From the NCBI GenBank assembly GCA_963662435.1, contig OY759598.1:1582507-1646506 (forward strand): a DNA stretch of 64,000 nucleotides, written 5' to 3'. A model generated the notes under the pieces. The model was not told where the DNA came from. It ran no database searches and was given only the letters and a program-made list of their open reading frames with translations. Both the position numbers and the translations under genes were made by a program. This stretch comes from Dehalococcoidia bacterium (GTDB taxonomy: Bacteria > Chloroflexota > Dehalococcoidia > Lucifugimonadales > VXLM01). Positions 52,901 through 63,202 of the stretch are shown here, piece by piece. Numbering within the stretch: the stretch's first letter is position 1; each line of letters opens with the position of its first letter.

Positions 52901-55721
52901 TTCAGGGGCTGCATACGTGTTCACGAAGCCGGAGGCAGGATGGAGTAATTCGTCGGCGGCCGCCAAATTGACTGCCTCCGATGGAGCTGCGGGAGATTGG
53001 TTCGGGCATGCCGTGTCGGTAAGCGACGAGTTTATAGTCGTGGGGGCACATGGGAGCGATATCACTGCGGGAATTGAAGTGTCTGACGATGCAGGCGCGG
53101 TGTATGCGTTCAGGAGGCCTCAGGACGGCTGGGCCACATCCTCCGAGGACCAGAAGCTTACAGCCAAGAAAGTTGCGCCGGATGAATCGTTCGGGTATGC
53201 CGTGTCGGTGGATGGAGATGCGGCAGCTGCCGGTGCGCCAACGTCCGAAATCCAAGAATACTACAGTTTGCGGGGGGTTAGATCCGGAGCGGCTAGAGTC
53301 TTTACGTGGCCGGGCTTTTACTGGGTAGATACTCCGGAAGCGTTCAAGATCAGACCGCCAAACGCGGAAACTGCCCGCATTTTCGGGACGGTGCTTTCTG
53401 CGGACGGAAACACGGCAGTCGTGGGAACGGTGCAAGCCGTTGTCACCGACACGTCTTCCTCAAATACGGCTAAGGCCTTCGTATATACAAGGGAGGATGG
53501 CGAGTGGGACACTTCCTCACCTGTGACGCTCTCGCTGCCTGACGGCGGTACTTTCTCGCAGCATGGACTGGCGATCTCTGAGAATGGGAACACCGTTGCT
53601 GTGGGTAACTCGCGCGAAGCCATGGAAACGACATCAGGGTCAAACTACGTGCTGGTATTTTCCAGGCCGCAGGGAGGTTGGGCTTCAACTTCTGCTGCTG
53701 CCAAGTTAACGATGCCGGACGGCGAGATGGAAGGCAGCTTCGGACACTCGGTGTCAGTCAGCGGCGACACTATCGTCGTTGGCGCTTTCGGAACCGACAA
53801 ATATGATGGACCCCAATACAATGGTTCCGTATTCGTGTATACGAAACCCAATGGAGGATGGGCCTCAACTTCCAATGCGGCCAAACTTGCCGCCGCTGCA
53901 GGTGATCCAAGAGACGAGTTCGGGCGTGTTGTCGCCGTTTGGGAAGAAACGATTGTTGTCGGCGCACCCGGAGATAGGAACATTAGAGGTGGCCGCTCAG
54001 GATCTGCCTATGTGTTCACGAGGCCTGAAGGGGGCTGGGTCTCCACGTTCGAGTCCGCGAAACTGACATCGCCCGATGGTTGGTGGGGGTGGTCCAGTAG
54101 CCGATTTGGGACTTCGATTGAGATCAGAAAAGACAAGATTGTAATCGGTGCGCCGGGCTACTATTCAGGCAGTGCTGCGTACGTGTTCACGCGACCTGAA
54201 GGGGGATGGGACAACCCGTATATCGTTTCCAAACTCACTGCTCCAGAATCCGATTACTCCTCCCACTTCGGTGCAACGGTTTCGATGAGCGATGATGCGA
54301 TTTATGTCGGTGCGGACGGTTCAGGAACTGTATACGTATTCCCTATACCTCCTGAAGGAGGCGTGTTCGTCGGTGTTCCCGCGAGACTGGCTGACCGGCA
54401 TGGTGGTGAATACGACGGGTTTGGCGGAGTAGTGTCTGCGGGCGCGACCAGTGTTGTTGTGGGAGCGCTGCAGTCGGACGACAGCGGCGAAAACTTCGGC
54501 GCGGCGTATGTATTCAGCGTACCTTCGGAAGGATGGGACTACACCACCGGACCAATGGGTCACACGGCCGCCTTAGTACCGCCGGACTGGCATATTGGAC
54601 AGAATTTTGGATATTCCATCTCACCAACTACCGAGGCAATCGCCGTAGGCGCACCGTACTTTGTCAGGGGTAGCAACTCCGGGGCGGCTTACGTGTTTGA
54701 GGCTCCGTTCAATAGTCTGTTTGCCATAGGCGATGCCGCTAAGCTCAGTCCTCCAGACGGGACCGCGGAGTGGAGTTTCGGTTGGTCCGTTTCACTAACC
54801 GCGGACGCGATGGCCGTCGGCGCTCCGGGTCGTTGGAGTGACGCGGGCACGGCATATGTATACACCAAGCCCAACGAGGGCTGGGAATCCTCATCGGACG
54901 CTGCCAAGCTCAGTTCTCCCCTTGGAAATACCGACCGCTACTTCGGGATTTCGGTATCCCTGGCGGGAGAGATAGCGGCAGTAGGAGCGATTCGAGGGGA
55001 AGCAGCCGGTTCGGTATATCTTTTTGCTAAGCCCCAGGCAGGAACGTGGCAATCGACCGCCGAGGCGATTGATGTACGCGCTCCGCAGGGAGAGGGCAAG
55101 CCTCTGTTCGGTTGGTCCGTTTCAATCACCGACGACACGCTAGCAGTGGGTATGCCAGACAGTTCAGGCCGGGGAGCAGTTTACGTGTACACCAAGCCGG
55201 CAGGTGGTTGGGCGTCCGTTTCGGACCCAATCAAGCTCACTCCCGCCGACGGAAACGATGGCGACATGTTTGGAGAATCAGTCGCTGTAAGCGGGGACAC
55301 GGTTGTAGTAGGCGCGTCGGGTAATGGCGACCATGACCTCACCGGCGCGGTGTACGTGTTTACCAAAGCAGCCTCCGGTTGGGCGTCCACGTCGGACGCT
55401 GCCAAGCTTACGCCTGAAACCAGCGAACTGAGGGACTTGTTCGGATCCTCCGTAGCGATTGACGGCGATGCGGTAGTCGTCGGTGGCCAAGGTAGCAGGT
55501 CATATACAAGGTCGTACGATGCATACGTGTTTACCAAACCGGAAGGGGGTTGGGAATCAGCCTCCGCAGCTCCTTTCAATGTTTTCGGCAATTGGTCCGG
55601 ATATAGCTACGATCGAATTGGAGTCCCGGTGGGGGTTGCAGGAGACAGTGTGTTTGTGGGCAATTCAAGCTTTAGGGGAATCAGGGCTGTCTATGCGTAT
55701 GAGGACTTCATTGATGGATAG
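49971..55721 (+). CDS. Giant secreted FG-GAP repeat protein (28 repeats)
   Basis: Signal/TM after RRRG; EWYVNGPLGLQQGF...YPVTIDP N-domain; 28 FG.SV..SGDT.VVGAP repeats. Confidence 0.92.
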   Translation: MLNRSGQENSGNRRRGLSLLGLAALTALAGFLLVSVESVSASDPPKPESTNDSTTLPGVSPPLNVTTDVQDLRERVPPSLFPEITETLQLKGAIEVYGAVQDFSGEQEYSFENPVHSLGAKLGPGGVSISSDDEVEWTWNIGFEEYGRGTSFNTVPDPSITATGSRVEYQYARGITEWYVNGPLGLQQGFNFESKPLSSAEGPLVVGLNISGDVTVEVDKYGTSAVLSHQESLSSLRYGGLYAYDANGAELGARLQETASGLSILVDDEGAEYPVTIDPFLEKANLVGYADYPRREFGISISVSGDTVVVGASDGGWWDGPGAVYLFSASGSESTPVDDRIVLSSPRSTDGDGFGHAVSISGETIVVGAPWERDEELHEWQRFGAAYVFTKPTGGWTSTSDAARLTPPDALSEEFFGTSAAISNDTIVVGSGGRWTEGSAYVYTKPSDGWSDLSEAAKLTASDGSNYDMFGQSVAVNGDTVIVGAFLADLEVDELEAEEEDFGAAYVFTKPSDGWADATETVKLVAPDGAEGREFGRSLSLDSDTLVVGAPFSGRYSPYEVYRVAREAEDKTPYLGSVYVYNIANVNWSDAPSPVKITSPDGFLWTRFGLSVSVDGDTIAVGEPESRSASEPGGYQDITSGTAYVFAKPTEGWSSASESRELPMPDGMRYDRYGSSVFVSGDMVIVGVQEDDNENGTNAGSAFLFEKPAEGWTSDTPLSDPVMLKAFDSPAGDRFGHSVDMDGDLVVVGVPGDHGRVPGAAYVYVRQNIEWSYGSVRLEPSDATPGGRFGSSVSVSGDTIAVGAPGTEDGDVTGAVYVFTTPADGWARIYDLGYSVKLALPDAEVDDRFGHSVATDSNSVVVGAPGENAVYVYTRPDTGWADTTAPAKLTVPNAMASARFGHAVSISEGTIVVGGPAVSGTGVSYVFTKPDTGWSDTSSSARLTATDAASGDRFGYAVSASGSTVIVGAPGNESGEDSGAAYVFTKPEAGWSNSSAAAKLTASDGAAGDWFGHAVSVSDEFIVVGAHGSDITAGIEVSDDAGAVYAFRRPQDGWATSSEDQKLTAKKVAPDESFGYAVSVDGDAAAAGAPTSEIQEYYSLRGVRSGAARVFTWPGFYWVDTPEAFKIRPPNAETARIFGTVLSADGNTAVVGTVQAVVTDTSSSNTAKAFVYTREDGEWDTSSPVTLSLPDGGTFSQHGLAISENGNTVAVGNSREAMETTSGSNYVLVFSRPQGGWASTSAAAKLTMPDGEMEGSFGHSVSVSGDTIVVGAFGTDKYDGPQYNGSVFVYTKPNGGWASTSNAAKLAAAAGDPRDEFGRVVAVWEETIVVGAPGDRNIRGGRSGSAYVFTRPEGGWVSTFESAKLTSPDGWWGWSSSRFGTSIEIRKDKIVIGAPGYYSGSAAYVFTRPEGGWDNPYIVSKLTAPESDYSSHFGATVSMSDDAIYVGADGSGTVYVFPIPPEGGVFVGVPARLADRHGGEYDGFGGVVSAGATSVVVGALQSDDSGENFGAAYVFSVPSEGWDYTTGPMGHTAALVPPDWHIGQNFGYSISPTTEAIAVGAPYFVRGSNSGAAYVFEAPFNSLFAIGDAAKLSPPDGTAEWSFGWSVSLTADAMAVGAPGRWSDAGTAYVYTKPNEGWESSSDAAKLSSPLGNTDRYFGISVSLAGEIAAVGAIRGEAAGSVYLFAKPQAGTWQSTAEAIDVRAPQGEGKPLFGWSVSITDDTLAVGMPDSSGRGAVYVYTKPAGGWASVSDPIKLTPADGNDGDMFGESVAVSGDTVVVGASGNGDHDLTGAVYVFTKAASGWASTSDAAKLTPETSELRDLFGSSVAIDGDAVVVGGQGSRSYTRSYDAYVFTKPEGGWESASAAPFNVFGNWSGYSYDRIGVPVGVAGDSVFVGNSSFRGIRAVYAYEDFIDG

Positions 55722-56944
55722 GTCGGGCGGGTTTCGGGGGTTCCAATGCTTGCGGGAAGGATGAAGTTTGGGCATGAGCTATAGTCGAATCGCAGTGTTG
55801 GCGACGGCTGTCACGCTAAGCCTGTTCTGGGCAGTGGGCAGCGACATGCCCGGTTCCGTTTCCGCCCAAACACCTGCAGAAACGGAACGTCCCGCCGTCA
55901 CGTCGGATGCTGTCGACGGCTACATGGTGCTGGCTCCGTCAGTCCTGAGGTCAGGACAGACCGAGAGTATATCGGTGTCTCTTTTCTCTGGTCAGAACCC
56001 GGCGAGGGGAACCGTCGGTCTTTCTCTATTCGGAGATGGTGCTTTTCTGGCATCGGCTTCGGGTGATATCGAGGGAACCGGGGCCATTTCCCTATCTGTT
56101 CCACGAGTCCCCGCGGGTACCTATCATCTAAGTGCCAGTGGTCCTGGATTCTCGGAGTCCGCTACGGTAAATGTAGCATCGGGCGATATTCTCTTTGTAG
56201 AGACCGACAAGCCTCTCTACAAACCCGGGCAAGATATGCACATCCGTGTGCTTTTGTTGGACATTGAGCTCAAGCCACTGACCGGGGACATTACGGTCGA
56301 GGTACGGGACGCGAAGGGCAACAAGGTCTTTCGAGAGGTCGTGCGGTCGGACGAGTTTGGGATGGCGAACCTGACGATGCCGCTTTCCAACGAGCCCATC
56401 CTCGGGAATTGGAGTATCAGCGCGTCGTTCGGGGAACAGGAAGCCGACACGTTGGTAAGCGTCGAGCGTTATGTTCTGCCCAAGTACGGAATAGAAGTGG
56501 ACTTTTCTCAAGACTGGGGGCTTGTCGACGAGCCTATCACTGGAACCGTGACGGCAGAATACAACTTCGGGAAGCCGGTCAAAGGAGAGTTACGGATCGT
56601 CGCTTCGCGGTACACCTGGGAGTGGGTGGAATTTGCCGAATTCACAACCGAATTCGACGGTACGGGCTCATTCGAGCTCCCTGCGCCCGGCTATGTCAGA
56701 AGCGGTCGGGGCCCAGACGGGGCGGGCAACATATCGCTTGAGGTCACCGTTGAAGAGAAGGAAACGGGGTACACTGAAACGGCCACCGCTTCTCATACGG
56801 TCGTGCACTCTCCCGTCAGTCTCCGGCTCATACCGGAAGGCTCTTCCTTCAAGCCTTCCCTGCCCTTCTCCGTGCTTCTCTTGACCGAGTCCCCTGATCG
56901 CAGCCTCACAGATTACGAAGTCGGACTGGAGACCTATTACCTAG

Positions 56945-58138
56945 GGAACCTCTGAACAAGTCTATGTTCTAAGGCATAGTATCATGGGGGTCATCACGAT
57001 AGCCGAGGAGAGATTCGATGGACCAGCCAACCTTCGCCGACTTGGAATACGAGGGCAAGAAGCGAAAGACTCGCAGGGAGAAGTTTCTTGAACGCATGGA
57101 CGGTCTGATCCCTTGGGAAGAGTTGGAAGAGCGCATCCGACCGTTCTACCCCAAGGCTGGCCGTGGTCGGCGCCCCTATGAGTTGTCGACGATGCTTCGG
57201 ATACATTGCGTGCAGTTGTTCTATAACCTGAGCGACCCCGGGATAGAAGACATGCTTTACGAGGTCGAGTCGGTGAGACGCTTCGTAGGTCTGAGGCTAT
57301 CTGGGCCGTTGCCGGACGAGACGACGATCCTGAACTTCCGCCATCTGTTGGACAAGCACGAGTTGGGCACGGGCCTGATGGAGGAGATAAACCGTCATCT
57401 AGAGTCTCAGGGACTTCGTCTACAGGAGGGGACTATAGTGGACGCGAGCATCATCGCCGCGCCGTCGTCGACGAAGAATCGGAGTAAGGAGCGCGACCCT
57501 GAGATGCGCCAGACCAAGAAGGGTAACGAGTGGCACTTCGGTATGAAGTTGCATATCGGAGTGGACTCTGAGACGGGAGTGGTGCATAGCGTGTCCACAA
57601 CGCCGGCGAACGTGCATGACGTGACTGAAACGCCTCGGTTACTGCACGGTGGGGAGACACAAGTGTGGGGTGATGCGGGGTATCAGGGGGTGGACAAGAG
57701 GCCTGAGAATCGAGACTTGGAGGTGGAGTGGCAGGTGGCGATGAGGCCTGGTCAGCGTCGAAAACTGAAGGTTGGGAGCGATGATGCGGCGAGGGAGAAG
57801 CGCAAGGCATCAGTAAGGGCGAAGGTGGAGCATCCGTTCCTGTACGTCAAGAGGCGCTTTGGCTACACGAAGGTCCGCTACCGAGGGCTGGCCAAGAACA
57901 CGCAGCGGCTGGCATTGCTGCTGGGGTTCGCCAACCTGATGAGAGCCGAGCGATACTTGGCAGTGTGAGTGACCTTGTATACGTGGGCCCAATCAGGGCT
58001 GACAGGGACGAAGATGTCCCGCCAGAGGCAAAAGCAGGACGAAATAACCCCACCTAAGCTCCAAGTAAAGGCTCAACATCTCCGAAAACGCCTACAATCA
58101 ACTCAGCCCAACTCCACAGCTGGTTGTTCAGAGGTTCC
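56945..58138 (+). mobile_element. IS5-family insertion sequence, complete (1194 bp)
   Basis: Perfect 15-bp TIR GGAACCTCTGAACAA / TTGTTCAGAGGTTCC; CTAG TSD at 56941-44 and 58139-42. Confidence 0.96.
57018..57968 (+). CDS. IS5 transposase
   Basis: PDETTILNFRHLL, IVDAS, GDAGYQG, RAKVEHPF and VRYRGL motifs. Confidence 0.96.
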   Translation: MDQPTFADLEYEGKKRKTRREKFLERMDGLIPWEELEERIRPFYPKAGRGRRPYELSTMLRIHCVQLFYNLSDPGIEDMLYEVESVRRFVGLRLSGPLPDETTILNFRHLLDKHELGTGLMEEINRHLESQGLRLQEGTIVDASIIAAPSSTKNRSKERDPEMRQTKKGNEWHFGMKLHIGVDSETGVVHSVSTTPANVHDVTETPRLLHGGETQVWGDAGYQGVDKRPENRDLEVEWQVAMRPGQRRKLKVGSDDAAREKRKASVRAKVEHPFLYVKRRFGYTKVRYRGLAKNTQRLALLLGFANLMRAERYLAV

Positions 58139-61100
58139 CTAGATGACGGTCTGATTGTCACGTACGCCGAAGAAAGCCGCCTCAAGACGGTTGACGGGAA
58201 GGCGCTCCTCACAATCAACCCGCCTGCAGGTTCTGTGGCGGTCGCAATCCTGGCGGATGCCGGAGGAAGCTATGCGTCAACAACCCTGAAGGCCGCGCAC
58301 TCTCCGTCGAACAGCTTCATCCACCTGGAACAGGTCTCGAGCTCCCTCTCTGCCGGAGACCAAGCGCAGTTCAAGGTACATTCGACCGAGCCGGAAGGCA
58401 ACTTCCATTACGAGGTGATATCGCGTGGAAGGGTTGTATTGTCCGACGTTTCGGCAAGTTCCGAAATCAGCTTTGCGGTCACGCCGGTTATGGCGAGCAT
58501 GCCGGAGCTGGTGGTGTACCAGGTGATGTCGAACGGCGAGGTGGCCGCGGACACTCTCCCGTTTGCCGTGGCTGACAGCTATCCCCTGAACATCGATGCG
58601 GCATTTGACAAGGCCGAAGTGGGCCCCGGCGACGAGGTAGAAGTCACGCTAACGACTGACGGGCAGGCCAAGGTGGGCGTTACCGCTGTTGACCGCTCGG
58701 TCTACCTCCTTGGTGACAATCGCATTAATCTCCGGCAGGTGTTCGATGAACTAGAAAGGCTAAACCTAGAGCCTGAGAGCGATAACTACTATGGCTATAA
58801 CTATAGAGAGATCACGACGCTGGGCGCCGCAGAAACCTTGAAGGACGCAGGTCTGGTCGTCATGTCCAACCGCAAGGTTCCCGTTGGACAGACGCACTAT
58901 AGGCGGCCCCTGGGATCGGGAGGAGGAGAATCTGCAGGTGTTGCCGCTCTCTCAGCTCCGGCTCCTACAGCGGGCTCAGGTGACCTTGCCGATGTCCGGC
59001 GGGTGCGCCAGTTCTTCCCGGAGACCTGGCTGTGGACCGACGTGATGACAGACGAGGCGGGAAGCGCGTCGATATCCGCGGAGGCTCCCGACACCATCAC
59101 GACTTGGATGTTGCGCGCGGTCGGAATGTCCAAGGAGCATGGCCTTGGGATCACGGAGACGCAATTGAGGGTCTTCCAGCCCTTCTTCCTGCAGGTGGAT
59201 CTGCCGTACTCCGCCATAAGGGGCGAGGAGTTCTCGGCTAGAGTCGTCCTCCACAACTACCTTGACACCTCTCAGCAATTCTTCGTGGAACTGGAGGAGT
59301 CCGACGGCTTTGAGCTGCTCGATGAAGCGGTGAAGACGGTGACGGTGGGGCCGAACGACCTGAAAGTGGTGAATTTCAAGATCCGCCTAACTGAAGTGGG
59401 AAACCTGCCCTTGAAGGTGACCGCACGGAGTCGTGATGAAGCGGACGCAGTCATCAAGGAATTGCTAGTAAAGCCAGAGGGCGTTCCACAGGAAGTCGTC
59501 ACGAATAAGTTTGTCCTGGCAGGCGAATCAGCCGTATTCTCCAACGCATTGCCGCCGGGATCAATAGACGGATCGGCCCGCACGCACGTGGCGCTCAGCG
59601 GAAGCGTCCTCAGCCAGACCCTTGAAGGCTTGGACAACCTCTTGCGAATGTCGTATGGCTGCGGGGAGCAGAACATGGTGCTCTTCGCACCCAACGTCTT
59701 CGTTGCAAGGTACCTGGAGCAGACGGGACAGTTGAAGCCGAAGGTGATGTCGAAGGCCGAGAAACTGATGCTCACCGGCTATCAGCAACAGCTGATGTTC
59801 AGAAGGGCAGATGGAAGCTTTGCAACATGGGGCGACCGCAGCCCGAGCGGGAGCATCTGGCTCACGGCGTTTGTGCTCAAGACCCTCTCCCAAGCCAAGA
59901 GCTTCATCTATGTTGACCCGGAGGTCATTTCCGGAGCGGCCCAATGGATACTCGAACACCAAAATGAAGACGGGTCATTTGAACAGGTTGGCGGCGTTCC
60001 CAATGATTATCTCTACGGCGGACTCAAGGGGGCCACGACGCTAGCTGCATACGTAGCCATCGCGCTGCTTGAGGCAGGGGAGACGAGCAGCGCAGACCTC
60101 GCAATCGGGTATTTGGAAGACCAGCTAGACGAAGTCGAGGACCCCTACACATTGGCGCTGGTTTCCTACGCCCTCGAGCTAGGGGAAAGCACCAGTGCAG
60201 ACGACGCCTATGGCCAGCTATTGGCGAAGGGCACTCGCGACGAGAACGGGCTGTTCTGGGATACGACCGGGCCTCAGGCGGACTCTCCACGTTCCGATTG
60301 GGCGAGGAGCACTGCGGTTGAGAACACCGGCTACGCCGTCCTCGCCCTCCTCGAGCATGGAGATCGAGACAATGCCCGTGAAGCGGCGCGGTGGCTGGTC
60401 ACTCAACGGAACGCCTACGGAGGTTTTCGTTCCACGCAGGATACCGTCGTAGGGCTCCAGGCCTTGATTCAGTACAGCGTCGAGACTCAAAATGACGCCG
60501 GCATGACGGTCACCATGACATCAGGTGATTGGACCCGGGTAGTGGAAATTGACGCCGAGAACGCCGACATCGTCCAGGTTGTGAGCGTACCTGTTGGTGA
60601 AGACATCCAACTGGTCGCGGACGGCGAAGGTGAGGCGGTAGTACAGGTTGTCCACAGGTTCAATCTGCCAGAGGACCTGTTGCAAGCCAGCGAGATATTC
60701 TCACTCGACGTTGACTACAGTCCTGACAGCATCAAGGTTGGCGATCGCATCACGGTATCGGCGACGGTGGACTTCGAGCCGCCGGTTGAATTGGACGCAG
60801 GGATGGTCATACTCGACGTTGCGCTACCCACGGGATTCTCCCCGGTTCTTGAGACGCTGGACGCCCTTGTCGACGACGATCCGAAGGTCTGGCGTTATGA
60901 CTTGCCTGAGGGAAGGGTTGAGCTTTATTTGCAAGACCTGGTTGCCAACGAGACCTTCGACGTACAGTTTGAAGCCATTGCAGGGCATCAGGTCATTACG
61001 AAGCCCACCACTTCCAAGGTGTATTCGTACTACAACCCGCGATGGCGGACTGAGACCCTCGGCCCAAGTGTAATCGTGGCGGAAGACGAACGCAGTATCT

Positions 61101-62124
61101 GCCTCACCGGAGGAGCGGTCAACGACGAGACCAATACCGGACTCATCACGGACTGCGAGTCCCTCCTGCTGGCAAGGGATACGCTGGCAGGAAGTGCAAC
61201 CCTTAACTGGTCGGAGGGAACGGCAATCGCGGAATGGGAGGGCATCACCCTCCAAGGGTCTCCTGAGCGCGTGACGACGTTGAATCTCAGTGACGGCGGG
61301 CTTGATGGCGAGCTACCTGACCTCAGCGGATTGGCAAATCTCGACAGGCTGGAACTCAGGGACAATTCGCTTACAGGCGACATCCCGTCCTCATTCGGCG
61401 ATATGACAAACCTGACATACCTGTACCTCCACAGTAATGAATTGGACGGGGCGATACCGTCAGAATTGGGAGGAATGTCAAGCCTGCGGTATCTGTGGCT
61501 TCACAGCAACGAGTTGACCGGCAGTCTCCCATCGGGGCTAGGCAATCTCGACAATCTTCGGGGCTTGAACTTGTACGGCAACCAATTGAGCGGAGCCATT
61601 CCCGCCGGAATTGGAGACCTTGGCAACCTGACTCATCTGAGGCTTCACCGCAATGAGCTGACCGGGGCAATACCCAGTGAGCTTGGCAACCTAGACAGCC
61701 TGAGATTCATGTGGCTTCATGGGAATATGCTGGACGGGTCAATTCCCGCCTCCTTGGGAAGCCTGGAGAATCTTGAGGGGCTGTGGCTGAGTGAAAACAG
61801 TCTAACAGGAGCGATCCCGGCTGAACTAGGAGGGTTGAGTGGTCACAGCCTAGTCCAGTGGCGTCTCAGCGGCGGCGAGAACCAGTTCACGGGCTGCCTA
61901 CCCGCCGGCCTTGCATCGGTAGAGGACAGTGACATGACCAGTCTCGGCCTGCAAACCTGCTCTGACTCGTGAGCGTCCCCTAGAAACGATAGTGGCTGGA
62001 ATACCTTCGGACTAGGTTGGATTAATCTCGCGAACTGCCTTGGGCCGTGTCTAGAGGGTCGATTTTCATTGGAGACGTCCAGGCAAGATACGGTTACTTG
62101 AGCTTAGGGGAACCGAATGCAGCC

Positions 62125-63189
62125 TCACGGCAGTGGGTTCCAGCGAAGACCGAGGGCAACGGCGGCAAGGGCGAGCAGAGCGGCCAATGCCGTGAAGACT
62201 GCAGAGACTTCCATACGCACCGTGTTCTTTCTCAATTGCACAGGAATCGTGGCGAAGACATCGATTAGCTCGTCGGCGCTTTCGGCCAAGTAGTACTCCG
62301 CCTCGGTCATCTCTGCGACGTTCATGAGCGTCTGCTCGTCCAGTTGGAGAAACCCGATGCGTCCGAATCTCCCGAAGCCACCTCGACCAATGCGATTGGC
62401 CAGATCGTCCGAGCCCAGCTGTTCAGACGTGCACTGCAGGAGCGAAGGGTCAGTTGTGCCGAAACCGATCGTATAGACACGAACGCCACGGTCGCTGGCC
62501 GCCTGGGCTGCCACCAGCGGGAATACACCCCGATTGCTCGCTCCGTCGGTGAGGAGCACGATAACGTCCGGCTGCATATTGTCTTCGGCAAATGAGTCCT
62601 GCCGGTCTTCGAGCGGAACCGAATAGACGCGAGTGGCGGGAATGTTCGGGTTTATTTCGGCAAGCGCATCGAGCGAACGCGTGATGGCGCTTCCCACCGC
62701 CGTCATGCGTGCTGTTGTCAGGTTCGACACGGCATCCTTGAGGACCTCCCTGTCAGTCGTGGGCGGCACGATCAGCTGAGCGATACCGGCGAATGCGACG
62801 ATGCCCACATGTGTGCCCGGCTCCTGGCTCTCTATGAAGCGCTCGGCGGCATCCTGGGCGACCGTAAGTCTATTGGGATAGATATCGTTGGCACACATGC
62901 TCAGGGACACATCAAGCGCCAGCATGACCGTTGTTCTGCTGGAAGCGACGGTGACGTTTGCGAACGGGCGGGACATCGCAAGGACGAGCAAAGCAAGCGC
63001 GAGCACGAGAAGGACGAATGGCAAGTGTCGTCGCCACCTCATTCCGGAGGGCATCGCCTGCCTGATCAGCGACAGGCTTGAGTAATGGACGGCAAACCGT
63101 CTTCTTCGCCTCAGCACCAGCGCGTACGCCAGTACAACCAGCGGTATTGCCGCCAGTAGAAGAAGATATGTGGGCCAGAGCAGTCCCAT
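62125..63189 (-). CDS. VWA domain membrane protein (BatA-like)
   Basis: N-terminal TMs, MIDAS DVSLS, LLTDG, C-terminal TM. Confidence 0.9.
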   Translation of the reverse strand: MGLLWPTYLLLLAAIPLVVLAYALVLRRRRRFAVHYSSLSLIRQAMPSGMRWRRHLPFVLLVLALALLVLAMSRPFANVTVASSRTTVMLALDVSLSMCANDIYPNRLTVAQDAAERFIESQEPGTHVGIVAFAGIAQLIVPPTTDREVLKDAVSNLTTARMTAVGSAITRSLDALAEINPNIPATRVYSVPLEDRQDSFAEDNMQPDVIVLLTDGASNRGVFPLVAAQAASDRGVRVYTIGFGTTDPSLLQCTSEQLGSDDLANRIGRGGFGRFGRIGFLQLDEQTLMNVAEMTEAEYYLAESADELIDVFATIPVQLRKNTVRMEVSAVFTALAALLALAAVALGLRWNPLP

Positions 63190-63202
63190 GTGTGTCCTCC
63201 GG

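Larger units (their letters stand above)
55774..61972 (+). pseudogene. Alpha-2-macroglobulin/CD109-like thioester protein with C-terminal LRRs, interrupted by IS5
   Basis: VETDKPLYKPGQ, YVLPK, FFPETWLW, PDTITTW, YGCGEQNM, GGFRSTQDT; removing the IS and one CTAG restores the frame (YYL-DDGL), about 1666 aa. Confidence 0.92.
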
